NCBI GenBank assembly: GCA_039588275.1
Contig: JBDHAC010000005.1
Span: 1 to 64,000, forward strand
Direction: 5' to 3'
DNA: 64,000 nucleotides
DNA from: Gemmatimonadota bacterium
GTDB taxonomy: Bacteria; Gemmatimonadota; Gemmatimonadetes; Palauibacterales; Palauibacteraceae
The position numbers were made by a program, and so were the translations under genes. This document shows, one piece after another, positions 18,551-28,393 of this stretch (positions are counted from its first letter, which is position 1; every line of letters begins with the position of its first letter). The notes below the pieces were generated by a model. That model was not told the origin of the DNA. It worked only from the letters and a program-made list of their open reading frames with translations, and searched no databases.

Positions 18551-19858
18551 ATGAAGCGAGCCGTCCTTGCGACCGCTACCGCGTTCCTCTGCACCCCGGC
18601 GAGCGCGGACGCGCAGGACCTGTTCCTGGCCAACGCTAAGATCGTAGATCCCGCGGCCGAGGAAGTACGCGTGGGAAACCTGCTGATCCTGGACGGCCGA
18701 ATCGCCGGGAGCCCGGATCGCGCCCCCGCGGAGTTGGCGGGGGAGACGATCGACCTGGAGGGGAAGTGGGTGATCCCGGGCCTCATCGATCTTCACACGC
18801 ACTCGTACGGAAACCAGGCGCCTGGAAACGTCTTCGAGGGACCCGGCACCGCCGTGATCGCGAACCGGATGCTGTACGCCGGCGTGACCGCGTTCCTGGA
18901 CCTGTTCGGACTCGAATCGGCCATGTACGCGCTGCGCGAGCGGCAACGAGCCGGTGAGGTGGGAGGCGCAGACCTGTACACGAGCCTGTCGTGTCTCACG
19001 GCGACCGAGGGCCATTGCACGGAGTACGGAATCCCGACACGCGTAATGGACTCGCCGGAGGACGCGCGCCGGGTCGTGGCCGATCTCGCCACCAGGCGGC
19101 CGGATGTGGTCAAGATCGTCTATTCGCCCACTGGCCGGATGCCTTCCATCGACAGGGAGACGCTGGCGGCCGCGATCGCCACCGCCACCGAGAACGGCAT
19201 CCAGACGGTCATCCACATCAACACGTGGGACGACGTGCGCGACGCAGTGGAGCTGGGCGCGTCAGCCGTGACACACGTGCCGTTTTCCGGAGTAATCCCG
19301 GCGGATCTGGCCCGGCTCATGGCGAGGCGCGGTGTGTCCAGCATCCCTACCCTCGCGGTCGAGACCGACTTTCAGCCTTTCGTAGCGGACGCGAGCGTGC
19401 TCGACAACCCACTCGCCCGGGCGCTCGCGAGCGAGCAGATCATCGGGGCGTACCGTACGGAAGAGACTCGTGCTCACGCGGATGAGATGGCGGCGGAGGC
19501 GGAGCAGCGACGGGCGAGTATCCTCGGCTCAGTGAAAGCGATGGCGGACGCCGGCGTGAACGTCTTGGCCGGGACCGATGCCGGGAACTGGGGCACGATC
19601 CAGGGGTTCTCGGTCCACCGCGAGCTCGCGATCATGGTCGAGGCCGGCTTGACCGAATGGCAGGCGCTCGCCGCGGCGACGACGCGGGCGGGTAAGTTCT
19701 TGGGGCGGGCCGTGGGCGTCTCGGCGGGGAGCGTGGCGAGCCTCGTGGTGCTCGACGCCTCGCCGATCGCGGAGATTACGAACACGCAAGGCATCGAAAT
19801 GGTGATCCATCACGGCAGGATGGTCGACCGTGAGATGCTGCTGGGAAATGGATCCTAG
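18551..19858 (+). CDS. Secreted metal-dependent amidohydrolase (Amidohydro_1 type)
   Basis: ATG 18551 with signal peptide; PGLIDLHTH, DVVKI, AVTH, AGTDAG, ASLVVLDASP. Confidence 0.9.
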   Translation: MKRAVLATATAFLCTPASADAQDLFLANAKIVDPAAEEVRVGNLLILDGRIAGSPDRAPAELAGETIDLEGKWVIPGLIDLHTHSYGNQAPGNVFEGPGTAVIANRMLYAGVTAFLDLFGLESAMYALRERQRAGEVGGADLYTSLSCLTATEGHCTEYGIPTRVMDSPEDARRVVADLATRRPDVVKIVYSPTGRMPSIDRETLAAAIATATENGIQTVIHINTWDDVRDAVELGASAVTHVPFSGVIPADLARLMARRGVSSIPTLAVETDFQPFVADASVLDNPLARALASEQIIGAYRTEETRAHADEMAAEAEQRRASILGSVKAMADAGVNVLAGTDAGNWGTIQGFSVHRELAIMVEAGLTEWQALAAATTRAGKFLGRAVGVSAGSVASLVVLDASPIAEITNTQGIEMVIHHGRMVDREMLLGNGS

Positions 19859-19898
19859 GACCTATGTGAGAGGCCGACCGTAGCCCGCGGCTTCTTTG

Positions 19899-22604
19899 CT
19901 AGCCGCGCGGCCTCGCAACGTCCTGGAACGCGGCGTTGTCACGACAGCCGAAAAACCCCACGCGAAGGTGAATGTAGTTGTGGCCGCGGCCCTGGCTCAG
20001 CGCCTCCTCGAGGATTTGGGCGGCGCGGTCACAGTCACCCGCGGCGGCCACGATCTCGGCGCGGTGCTGAGTTGCCAGCGACACGTCTCGCCAGCCGAAC
20101 AGGTCTCGGTCGACCGGTGACGACTCCGCCCCGAGCCTCTCGAGCGCCTCCAGCATCAGCGAAGCTTCCTCCATGTCCCCGGATCTGGCGGCCGCCACGC
20201 CACGGAGCTTGAAGCCGATTGTGCGGCCGAAGTTAGTGGGGGCAGACACGGCCAAACTGTCGAGCACTCGCAGGGCTTCCTCGGGCTTGTCTAAGACGAG
20301 TAGCGTCGTGGCGAGCCGTCGTTGCCACTGGACTCGCGATAACGGGCTGACGCCCTCCTGATCGAGCTGGCTTCGTGACATCGCTTCGACACGCCGCAAC
20401 AGCTCTCTGCCCGCCTGAACATGTCCGTGCCACACGAGATCGGAACCGGCCAAGCCGAGGTTACCCGCCAAACCCGGGAGCTGCTGCGGATCCCGAGCCA
20501 GGGCAATCCGCTTCTCGACGGCGGCTTCCAGTTCCTCGATTCTTCCGAGGGCGGCCAGGGCGATGATCTCCATTTGAAGGAGCCCCGCCTCGGACATCGA
20601 CTGTCCCCACCCAATCGCCGCTTCGTCCGATTGCGCCTTTGCCTGCCGGGCTGCCGCGAGCTCTTCCTCGTGCTTACCTAGAAAGTGCAGGCTCAAGGTC
20701 AGCTGAAACCACGGGAAGCCCCGCCAAACCCTCGGGAAATCCGGGCGAAGGAGCACGTCCACCGCTTCCTGGTAACGGCCGGTGACGTGCGCGGCCGCGT
20801 GGAGCTCGAAAAGGCGATCGGGGGCGAGCTCGGCCGCCTCACGGAGGGCCCGATAACGACGCTCGTTGTCACCCCGCTGCCACGCCTCGAGGGCCTCTAG
20901 CTCGAGGCGATCGACAGGCGACAGGAATCCGGCCGACCGCTCCAGAATGTGAGAAATAGAGTCTTTGAGGCGCCGGGTGCGCGCGATCCCCGAGTCGCCC
21001 CATGGCCAATACACGCGGTCCAAGAACCACAGCGCCTTGAGCAGCGGTGTGACCAGGGTGCTGTCGAGACGGTGGGCCTGAAGAAAGTAATCCAGCCTCG
21101 CCGGTAGGTCGGGTGTTTCGATCCCCCGTAAGTACGCGTGATAGGCATCGTAGGAGGGTGGCTCGCGCACCGTCTCCGCCCAGGAAGCGAGCCGAGCGTC
21201 GAACCGACTGGCCAGCAAGCCCATTACGCGCTGCCGTAGCTCCTCGACTGCCATGAGTGGCGCGGCCGAGGAACCTCGAACCGGTTCGAGCCTGCCGAGC
21301 AATTGACCCGAGGCGAGATCCGTTGCGTGCGCTTGCAGATAGATCGTGTCCGAGGAAGCGTAGTAGGCTCCGGAGATGAGGGTCCCCGCGCCCCTCTGCT
21401 CCGCGTAGGAGCGAACCCGGTCGCGGTCACCGACACTGTCGCTGAGCGCCAGCTCGAGTCGCTCGAATGCGGAGAACACGGCGGCTGAGCTGATCACCTC
21501 GAGCAGGCCGGTTTGCGCGAGGCCGTCCGTGAGCCAGTCGGCGATCATATACCCCAGCGGGTCCATGGCGTCGTCGTTCGTCTGATTCTCGAACGTCAAC
21601 ACCATCACTCTTTTGGGGACCAGACTGGGCTCGCCGTTCAAGCTGGGGCTGTTCAGGGCGTTCTGGCTGTTCCGATCCGTGCGTACGGTGACCGTAACGA
21701 CTGTCGCGACGGTGACGACCGTGGCGAGTGCTGCGAGGCTGGCCACGAGGATCGCCCGTCTGGATGGTTGGGCACGTCGTGTCGCCGGGCCATGGAGAAT
21801 GGGGGCGGTCGCTGTCTCTTCATCTAGGCGCGCCGCGGTCCGGTCTAGGGTCGCCTTCTCGACGAGCGGTTTCGAGGTGACCCCCGATGTGCTCGGTTCG
21901 TCCCGCATCCGTTTCGCGAGGGCGATCACCTCCGGATCGGGCTCCGCCCCCAGTTCCGAGCGGAGAAGGTCTTGGTAGGCCTCGGCATGGCGGATGGCCA
22001 CTCCCCGGTCGCCCGCTGCTTCGAGCGACTTCATGAGCCCCAACATCACCCGCGCGCTGTGCGGGTTATGCGCCGCGAGACGGCGCCACCACTCGACCGC
22101 AGTCTCGTGATGGCCTTGCGCGCTCGCCCCTGTCGCCAGCGACTCCAGCGCCGCCTCGTAGAAGCTCGCCAGTCGATCGCGCTGTCCGTCCACCCACCGC
22201 TCGAACTCCGGGGCGTGGTTCAGATAAAAGCCGTCCAAGAAGGGACCCTGATACAAAGCGACCGCCGCAGCGGCCTCGCCCCGCTCGAGCGAGGCCTCGA
22301 ACTCCACCGCGTCGACGGACACCAGGCCCGTGTCGAGTCGCAGGTCGTCCCCCTCGGAGAGCAAGACCTCGGGACCGAACGCCTTGCGGATCATATGCAC
22401 GGACTGGTTGAGCAGATTGCGAGCGCGGTGAGTTCTGCGCTCGGGCCACAGATAGCCGAGAACCTTCTCACGACTCAGGGACCGACCCGGAGCCAGAGCG
22501 AGGAGAGCGAGGAGGGCCAGGCGGTGGCGCTGAGTGGCTCGTCCTGTGAGGCGACCATCGTCGTCCTCTAAGAACGGACGGCCAAACAGCTTGAGGGAGA
22601 TCAC
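19899..22604 (-). CDS. SARP/BTAD transcriptional activator - TM - TolB-N-like - TPR membrane-anchored regulator
   Basis: N-terminal wHTH+BTAD (LALLALLALA, SREKVLGYLWPE, ALYQGPFLDGF, LRSELGAEPDPE); hydrophobic TM; VMVLTFENQT TolB-N-like domain; helical TPR-like C-terminus. Confidence 0.88.
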   Translation of the reverse strand: MISLKLFGRPFLEDDDGRLTGRATQRHRLALLALLALAPGRSLSREKVLGYLWPERRTHRARNLLNQSVHMIRKAFGPEVLLSEGDDLRLDTGLVSVDAVEFEASLERGEAAAAVALYQGPFLDGFYLNHAPEFERWVDGQRDRLASFYEAALESLATGASAQGHHETAVEWWRRLAAHNPHSARVMLGLMKSLEAAGDRGVAIRHAEAYQDLLRSELGAEPDPEVIALAKRMRDEPSTSGVTSKPLVEKATLDRTAARLDEETATAPILHGPATRRAQPSRRAILVASLAALATVVTVATVVTVTVRTDRNSQNALNSPSLNGEPSLVPKRVMVLTFENQTNDDAMDPLGYMIADWLTDGLAQTGLLEVISSAAVFSAFERLELALSDSVGDRDRVRSYAEQRGAGTLISGAYYASSDTIYLQAHATDLASGQLLGRLEPVRGSSAAPLMAVEELRQRVMGLLASRFDARLASWAETVREPPSYDAYHAYLRGIETPDLPARLDYFLQAHRLDSTLVTPLLKALWFLDRVYWPWGDSGIARTRRLKDSISHILERSAGFLSPVDRLELEALEAWQRGDNERRYRALREAAELAPDRLFELHAAAHVTGRYQEAVDVLLRPDFPRVWRGFPWFQLTLSLHFLGKHEEELAAARQAKAQSDEAAIGWGQSMSEAGLLQMEIIALAALGRIEELEAAVEKRIALARDPQQLPGLAGNLGLAGSDLVWHGHVQAGRELLRRVEAMSRSQLDQEGVSPLSRVQWQRRLATTLLVLDKPEEALRVLDSLAVSAPTNFGRTIGFKLRGVAAARSGDMEEASLMLEALERLGAESSPVDRDLFGWRDVSLATQHRAEIVAAAGDCDRAAQILEEALSQGRGHNYIHLRVGFFGCRDNAAFQDVARPRG

Positions 22605-22784
22605 GCCCGTGACTAACGACCTGAGTTAAGTGAAACGGAACCGAGCGTTTACCCGGTGCGGCTATGAATCTAGGCGCGGGGACCCGTGCACACCAACAGC
22701 AGGGTGCCCACCCAGGGCGCTACGATCCCGGCGACAGCAGCTGGACCCGGGATCGGGCGCGTGGTTCTATCATGGAGGTGAAGG

Positions 22785-23504
22785 ATGCCGAGGACCCGAG
22801 GCTTTCCGTTGTCCGCCGCGTCGGTGATCGCGGTCACTCTCCTGGCGTTCGCGTGTGCCGATGCCCCGACCCAAGCGGGCTCTGACGAGCTGACGCCGCG
22901 GTTCGGGAAGGGCGGTGGCAAGGGGGGGCCCGCACCCCCACCACCAGCCACCGTGATGGCCGAGCTCAACGATCCGGTGTCGGGGGCTGGCGTCTCCTCC
23001 GATGGTCAGGGGGCCTACGATGGGGATCACGTGGGGGGGCGGTTCCGGCTCAAGCCACAATGCGCCGATGGAAGTGGTCCTCCGGCCGAGCGCCACATGT
23101 CTCTTCAAAGCCTGCCGATCATCGCGGCGCTGGCAGGGGTGACCATCCCTACCTGCAACGGAGAAGACGTATCGGGCGCGGGTTGGCTGCACCTGCAGCT
23201 TCCCAATCTATTGGAAGACGATATCTGCGGTGGTGCGAGCAGCTGTACCCCGTTCGATGACGTTCCCTCGTACGTGATCAGAGGGGGCAAGGTCAAGCCG
23301 ACGGGAGCCTTCGGTCCCACGGCCCACTTCTTCTTCTACGGTGGCGACCACTTCAATTTCGTTTTCCAGCAGGCGACCGTGGCGATCAAGGGGGACGGCT
23401 CGAGAACGGTGACCGCAACCGAGGCGCACCTGTATACCCTCGGCGACCTCCAGACTGTCCTCTGGAGCGGTCCGCTCGCGCTGGACATCACGGTAACGCC
23501 GTAG
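22785..23504 (+). CDS. Hypothetical lipoprotein, divergent from the BTAD regulator
   Basis: GGAGGTG SD; lipobox AFAC; low-complexity GKGGGKGGPAPPPP linker; four further Cys. Confidence 0.75.
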   Translation: MPRTRGFPLSAASVIAVTLLAFACADAPTQAGSDELTPRFGKGGGKGGPAPPPPATVMAELNDPVSGAGVSSDGQGAYDGDHVGGRFRLKPQCADGSGPPAERHMSLQSLPIIAALAGVTIPTCNGEDVSGAGWLHLQLPNLLEDDICGGASSCTPFDDVPSYVIRGGKVKPTGAFGPTAHFFFYGGDHFNFVFQQATVAIKGDGSRTVTATEAHLYTLGDLQTVLWSGPLALDITVTP

Positions 23505-23538
23505 GGTCCTCCACGTGATCCGTCGGCCTAGGCCACTA

Positions 23539-23560
23539 GGGGCGGCCCGGGGGCCGCCCC
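23539..23560. terminator. GC-rich hairpin between convergent genes (possible bidirectional terminator)
   Basis: GGGGCGGCCC-GG-GGGCCGCCCC perfect inverted repeat; no clear U-tract. Confidence 0.45.
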
Positions 23561-23602
23561 AATGCGCCTGGTCCTGCATATGTCCATTGGAGCGCGGCCG
23601 AT

Positions 23603-24235
23603 TCAGGCTCGCGGCCCCGCGGAGTCGCGCCCGCCACAGGTCTCGAAGAACTCCTCCAACCGCCGTCGCATCCGGCGCGTGTGGGACCCCTCCCAGTAGA
23701 CCCGGCCGCAGCCCGCACAATACGAGAACTCCTCATGCGTTCGGCGCACACCGTCCGGGACTTCGACCTCCAGTCGGTGCACATCGTCGGCGTCGATCCC
23801 TTCCAGTACCTCGTTGCACTCGAGGCAGCGGTCAAAGAGCAGGACGGGCTCGTGGATCCCGAAGTGTGAAAGTACTTCTGCGAGCCTGGGCAGCGGCTCT
23901 TCTTCCTGCAGTACCAGACAACCGCTGACGCGCCATTCCTCCATCAGACGCCGGTCGCAGGTGAGGATCCAGCGGCCCTCCTCCCACGCCCGGCGGACGA
24001 GATCGGCATCGGCGATCCCCGCATCGTAGGCCGTGTCGAAGCCGAGCGCCCGAAGCCAGCGGGCGAGGCGCCCCAGCATGGCATCGCAGAAGAAGCTCGG
24101 CTCCGAAGGCGGGCTCAGGACCCGCTCCTCTACATCGCGGGCGACCCGCTCTCCGCACGCGCACGTGATGGTGCGTCCGAACTGGAACAGCGTGACGTCG
24201 TAATGACGACCGCAGCGGGAGCAGGAAACGGCCAT
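23603..24235 (-). CDS. Mut7-C RNase (PIN-like, DUF82) protein with an extra N-terminal zinc ribbon
   Basis: FFCDAMLGRLARWLRALGFDT, RWILTCDRRL, RCLECN...CAGCGRVYWEGSH; N-terminal CSRC...CAC. Confidence 0.88.
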   Translation of the reverse strand: MAVSCSRCGRHYDVTLFQFGRTITCACGERVARDVEERVLSPPSEPSFFCDAMLGRLARWLRALGFDTAYDAGIADADLVRRAWEEGRWILTCDRRLMEEWRVSGCLVLQEEEPLPRLAEVLSHFGIHEPVLLFDRCLECNEVLEGIDADDVHRLEVEVPDGVRRTHEEFSYCAGCGRVYWEGSHTRRMRRRLEEFFETCGGRDSAGPRA

Positions 24236-24240
24236 CGGGG

Positions 24241-25209
24241 CTAGTCGGAGATGCCCTCCGCCAACACGCAGAGCAGCTCGTACATGATAGTAGCCGCGAC
24301 CAACGCGGTGTTTCCGCTCGGATCGAAGGGAGGTGCCACTTCGACGACGTCTGCGCCCACCAGTCGCAGGCCCCTGAACTTCCGGATCAAGGTCTGGGCC
24401 TCGATCGTCGTGAGCCCGCCCACCTCCGGTGTCCCCGTTCCGGGGGCGAACGTCGGATCCAGGCTGTCGATGTCAAACGAGAGATACGTCGGCCCGTCAC
24501 CCACGATGTCTCGCGCTTCGTCGCCCACCGCCTGGATCCCGAGGCGTGCGACCTCGTCCATGAACATGATGCGCATCCCGCAGGATTCCGAGTAGTCCCA
24601 CCCCTCGGTGGAGTTCTGAGCCCCGCGAATCCCAATCTGAATCGATCGGCTGGGATCGATCAGATTCTCTTCGACGGCCCGGCGAAACGGTGCGCCATGG
24701 GTATACCGGGAGCCCATGAACGTGTCCCACGTGTCCGTATGCGCATCGATATGTATGAGGCCGACAGGCTCCTGAGTCCGCAGCGCTCGGAGGATTGGAA
24801 GCGTGATCGAGTGATCCCCTCCAGCCGCAAGTGCCGTCACGCCGTCCCGGCTGAGAGTCAAAAAGAACCTCTCGATGTCTGCGTGGGCCTGCTCCGGTTC
24901 GAAGACCCGCTTGAAAGGGACATCTCCACAGTCGCCGACGCGGCAACGCTCGAACGGGTTGAGGCGAGTGACGGGGTGGATCGCGCGCATCATGCTCGAC
25001 GCGTTCCGGATCTCCCGTGGGCCGTGACGGGCTCCCGGGCGGTTTGTAACCGCGCCGTCGTACGGCACGCCGACCATCCCGATGTCGATCGGTGAGAAAT
25101 CGTCGACGAGGGGTGCCCGCATGAAGGTGGCGATTCCCGCATACCGCGGTGCAATCATGGGGTGATCGCGACCGGCGAATGACGCGTCGTCTGACCCGGG
25201 GTCGGCCAC
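24241..25209 (-). CDS. speB: Agmatinase/ureohydrolase family (agmatinase- or guanidinobutyrase-like)
   Basis: GVPYD, RPGARHGP, GGDHSIT, DAHTD, YLSFDIDSLDPTFAPGTGTPEVGG, DVVEVAP. Substrate not determinable. Confidence 0.88.
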   Translation of the reverse strand: MADPGSDDASFAGRDHPMIAPRYAGIATFMRAPLVDDFSPIDIGMVGVPYDGAVTNRPGARHGPREIRNASSMMRAIHPVTRLNPFERCRVGDCGDVPFKRVFEPEQAHADIERFFLTLSRDGVTALAAGGDHSITLPILRALRTQEPVGLIHIDAHTDTWDTFMGSRYTHGAPFRRAVEENLIDPSRSIQIGIRGAQNSTEGWDYSESCGMRIMFMDEVARLGIQAVGDEARDIVGDGPTYLSFDIDSLDPTFAPGTGTPEVGGLTTIEAQTLIRKFRGLRLVGADVVEVAPPFDPSGNTALVAATIMYELLCVLAEGISD

Positions 25210-25238
25210 TGTCTCCGCCTCCTCGATTCGGGCCCGAG

Positions 25239-25943
25239 CTAGAACGGGTTCGTCGCGAACACCGAGAACTCGGGGATAAACCCGCGGTCATCGATCTTCA
25301 GCGCGCCCACGATCGCATCGGCGATCTCGGCCGGTCGCAGCTTCTTCGGGGAGTCGTCCCGCGTGTACCCCGCCTTGGACGCGAACTCCGTCACGACCTC
25401 GCTCGGGTTCACGAGCATGACGCGCACATCGTGACGCCGAAGCTCATCCCGCCAGCACTCGGTCATGCCCCTGAGGGCGAACTTGGATGAGCTGTACGCG
25501 GTGCTACCGCGTCCCCCCTTGAGGCCGGACGTGGAGGAGATGTTGATCAGCTCGCCGCCCCCTTGCTCGATGAACTGACGCGCCGCCTCCCGCGCCATCA
25601 GGAACGCCCCGAACACATTGGTTCGGTAGACGCTCTCCAGCTCCTCCAGCTCCATTTCGATGAGCGGCTTGAAGATCCCGAAACCGGCGTTGTTGACGAG
25701 GATGTCGAGCCGGCCGTGCTTCTCCACGACCACGGCGACGGTCCGCACGGCATCGGCTTCCCGCCCCACATCGCCGGCGATGAAGTCCACGCCCAGATCC
25801 CGGGCCGCATCCTCGAGGACGTCCTCGCGGCGGCCGGTGATCGTGACCACCGCGCCTTCCGCCTTCAACGCTTCCGCGATGGCCCTGCCGATCCCTTCGC
25901 TCCCCCCGGTGACCAGCGCGATCGCACCGTCCAGCTTCATCAT
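25239..25943 (-). CDS. Short-chain dehydrogenase/reductase (SDR)
   Basis: TGGSEGIG, LVNNAG, YSSSK (YxxxK). Confidence 0.93.
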   Translation of the reverse strand: MMKLDGAIALVTGGSEGIGRAIAEALKAEGAVVTITGRREDVLEDAARDLGVDFIAGDVGREADAVRTVAVVVEKHGRLDILVNNAGFGIFKPLIEMELEELESVYRTNVFGAFLMAREAARQFIEQGGGELINISSTSGLKGGRGSTAYSSSKFALRGMTECWRDELRRHDVRVMLVNPSEVVTEFASKAGYTRDDSPKKLRPAEIADAIVGALKIDDRGFIPEFSVFATNPF

Positions 25944-26000
25944 CTGCTCTCCCGGCAACCTTCGAGTATTCCGTATGGCGGCGGTCGATGGCCGCTGCGG

Positions 26001-27674
26001 TCAGGGCGTTCCCTCTCGGAAACGCACGATCGGATAGGTACCGCCGGCCTCGATGTGGTCCGCGAGGAAGCCCCACGCGGCGAATCCGTCGTCCGAGCGC
26101 GGCTCGAGCAGCATGAAGACGAGTCTCCCCAGAGGCTGATCGGCCGGCACCCACCAGGCGCCCTCCGAGACGGACACCTCCCGCGGCTCGTACCGTCCGA
26201 ACAGCGTCTGCTCGTTGTGGCCCTGGAAGACGCGCTCCGCGGTGGTCAGCGAGTCGATCTGGAACGCCTCGGCCTCGACCGAGCCCGGCGCGACGGCCCG
26301 GGGCTCCATGCGGATGCCATGAGCCTGCAACCGTATGATGATCTCGTCTAGCTCGGCCGGAATCAGATAACCGGCGGGGACGGTCTCCCACTCGTCCGGG
26401 GCGAACGTCCCGTACTCGTACATGCTCTCGTTTCGCCGACCTTCGCGCCTCTGAAGGAGCGGCCTCCCCGTGAGCGGGTGCCGTCCTTCCTCCACCTCAC
26501 CCATCAGGATGTCCGCGGGCTGTTCCGATCTAGCGCGGGTGACGCGCAACGCCAGCGAGTCACCGATGAGCGAGCGGGAGTCCTCCGCGGCCGCGATGGC
26601 CCGGATCTCCGCGCCGTGCTCGTGTACGTAGTCCAGCGTCTCCTCCACGAAGTAGAGCGTCGCCAGCACGCGCTCCTCGAAGGATGCGTAGGAGTACGCC
26701 TCGCTCAGGAGCGCGAAGCGGTTCCGGAGCCCGATGTAGTTGCTGTTGAAGCGCGGACGGTGGTCGAACGTGTACCAGCCGCGCCCGTCCGATCCCAGCG
26801 GGGCGAACGCGTTGCCGTAGTAGTAGTACTCCCAGCCGTGCTTCTCCCGAATCTCGTCGGTCAGATGCGTCAGGAGCTCCTCACGAAGCAGCCGGTCGAT
26901 ATCCGCGGGCGTGTTCGGGTGCAAGGGTGGAGCGTAGGTGATGTGGTACGCGTGGCGCGTCCCGTTCGTGGTGTGCAGGTCGAGCGCCACGTGCGGATCG
27001 TATTCCGTGAACAGCCTGGCCAGCGAGCGGGCCTCGGGCGAGTCGAGCTTCATGTGGTCTCGGTTCAGGTCGTAACCCTGTGCGTTGGCCCGCTGCCCCA
27101 TGCCCCCGATCGGGCCGTTCTGGCGGCCGCGGTTCGTGAGGGCCACGCGCTCGTTCCCGTCGGCGTTGTAGATGGGGGCCACCAGCAGCACCGTCGATTC
27201 GAGCCATTCGGGGTGCCGGCCTTCTACCAGGTCTCGGAGGAGGATCTGCAGCGCCTCCTTCCCGCACACTTCGCCAGCGTGGATGTTGCCCTGCAGGTAC
27301 ACGACGGTCTTCCCCGAGGCGCGGACAGTCCCGGGGTCGGCGTCCGGTAGATCCCCGACCACCACGAGCGGCAGCGCGCGACCTTCGAACGTGTACCCGA
27401 AGGTCGTGAAGTGGAGTCTCGAGTCAGCTGCTGCGGCGCGCTCCATGAACGCCACGACATCCGCGTACGAGCTCGTCTCGCGAAACCCGCTCCGCTCGGC
27501 CCGGGTCGAGAGCTCGCCGGACGAAGACGGCGCCTGTGCACAGGCCATCGAGTTGCATGCGAGGACAGACGCCACGGGCCAGCCCCACCAAAAACCGCGG
27601 GCATTGCGGCTCGAAGCCCGAGTGACGTGGGGAGGGCGCTGCCGAGTGATTGCGGTCAGCTGACGATCGCTCAT
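26001..27674 (-). CDS. M14 family zinc carboxypeptidase-like protein
   Basis: NIHAGEVCGKE (HxxE), YNADGNE, DLNRD, DLHTTNG, LEPRSDDG. Start uncertain. Confidence 0.9.
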   Translation of the reverse strand: MSDRQLTAITRQRPPHVTRASSRNARGFWWGWPVASVLACNSMACAQAPSSSGELSTRAERSGFRETSSYADVVAFMERAAAADSRLHFTTFGYTFEGRALPLVVVGDLPDADPGTVRASGKTVVYLQGNIHAGEVCGKEALQILLRDLVEGRHPEWLESTVLLVAPIYNADGNERVALTNRGRQNGPIGGMGQRANAQGYDLNRDHMKLDSPEARSLARLFTEYDPHVALDLHTTNGTRHAYHITYAPPLHPNTPADIDRLLREELLTHLTDEIREKHGWEYYYYGNAFAPLGSDGRGWYTFDHRPRFNSNYIGLRNRFALLSEAYSYASFEERVLATLYFVEETLDYVHEHGAEIRAIAAAEDSRSLIGDSLALRVTRARSEQPADILMGEVEEGRHPLTGRPLLQRREGRRNESMYEYGTFAPDEWETVPAGYLIPAELDEIIIRLQAHGIRMEPRAVAPGSVEAEAFQIDSLTTAERVFQGHNEQTLFGRYEPREVSVSEGAWWVPADQPLGRLVFMLLEPRSDDGFAAWGFLADHIEAGGTYPIVRFREGTP

Positions 27675-27805
27675 GCAGGTGGCCTCTATTCGGCTATTCT
27701 GGGGGAGGGGTGCGAAAGCTCGGCCCCGGCTGAAAGGAGTCTACGGGGGGATCGTCCTCTCAAAAAGCGGCGAGTTCTTCGATTGGGCTCGCGTGCTCCC
27801 GCGCT

Positions 27806-28006
27806 CTAGCGCTTGGTATCGGCCACACCGTCCTCGCGCCTGAAGCCGGCCCCGAAGCACTTGGTGAGGTCCTCGTCGGTGTCGCGGTCCGCACGCGCGA
27901 TCTCCGGGTCACAGCGAGGAGCGGCGGAGGGATCTGTCGGTCCCTTGTCGCACGCCAGCGGCGCAAACGCCATCAAAGCCAGGGCCACGCGGAGGGTGTT
28001 TCTCAC
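27806..28006 (-). CDS. Small hypothetical lipoprotein (66 aa)
   Basis: GAGGGG SD before GTG 28006; signal MRNTLRVALALMAFAPLA-C lipobox; two more Cys in the mature part. Confidence 0.6.
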   Translation of the reverse strand: MRNTLRVALALMAFAPLACDKGPTDPSAAPRCDPEIARADRDTDEDLTKCFGAGFRREDGVADTKR

Positions 28007-28393
28007 TCTGCCCCTCTACTCGGGTGGGTATCCAGCGTGGTATTCGTGCATACCCTCGAGCTGCCGAGAGGGTCACTCCTTCCCGTGCGTTGACACCTCT
28101 TTTTCGTCCGCGCAGAGTCGCTATACTGCATGCGCGCACGGCTCGGCGAGGTCGCGGATCGTCGTGCGAAGGGCATTCCTGTCCCGCTCGAGACCCTTTC
28201 CCACCTGAGGACATCGGGGTGATCTGCGCCGCCCGGAACATCCACGTGCTGGAGTAGGACTGGGCGGAAGCGAAGCGGAGGAGCTTTGCTTGCCGGCGAT
28301 GCGGCCGCGGCGGCTCGCAGGGTCGGCAGGGTGAGTGACCGAGCCTGACCGACCGCCGCAGTCGACCACGCCGCGCGGATCGTGCGGTCGCCC

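Noticed and set aside
28090..28127. TTGACA ... TATACT as a consensus sigma-70 promoter
   Set aside because: The spacer is 26 nt rather than about 17, and no convincing + strand gene follows.
28130..28257. Possible gene remnant ending ...GVICAARNIHVLE*
   Set aside because: Too short, with no start, SD or identifiable family motif.
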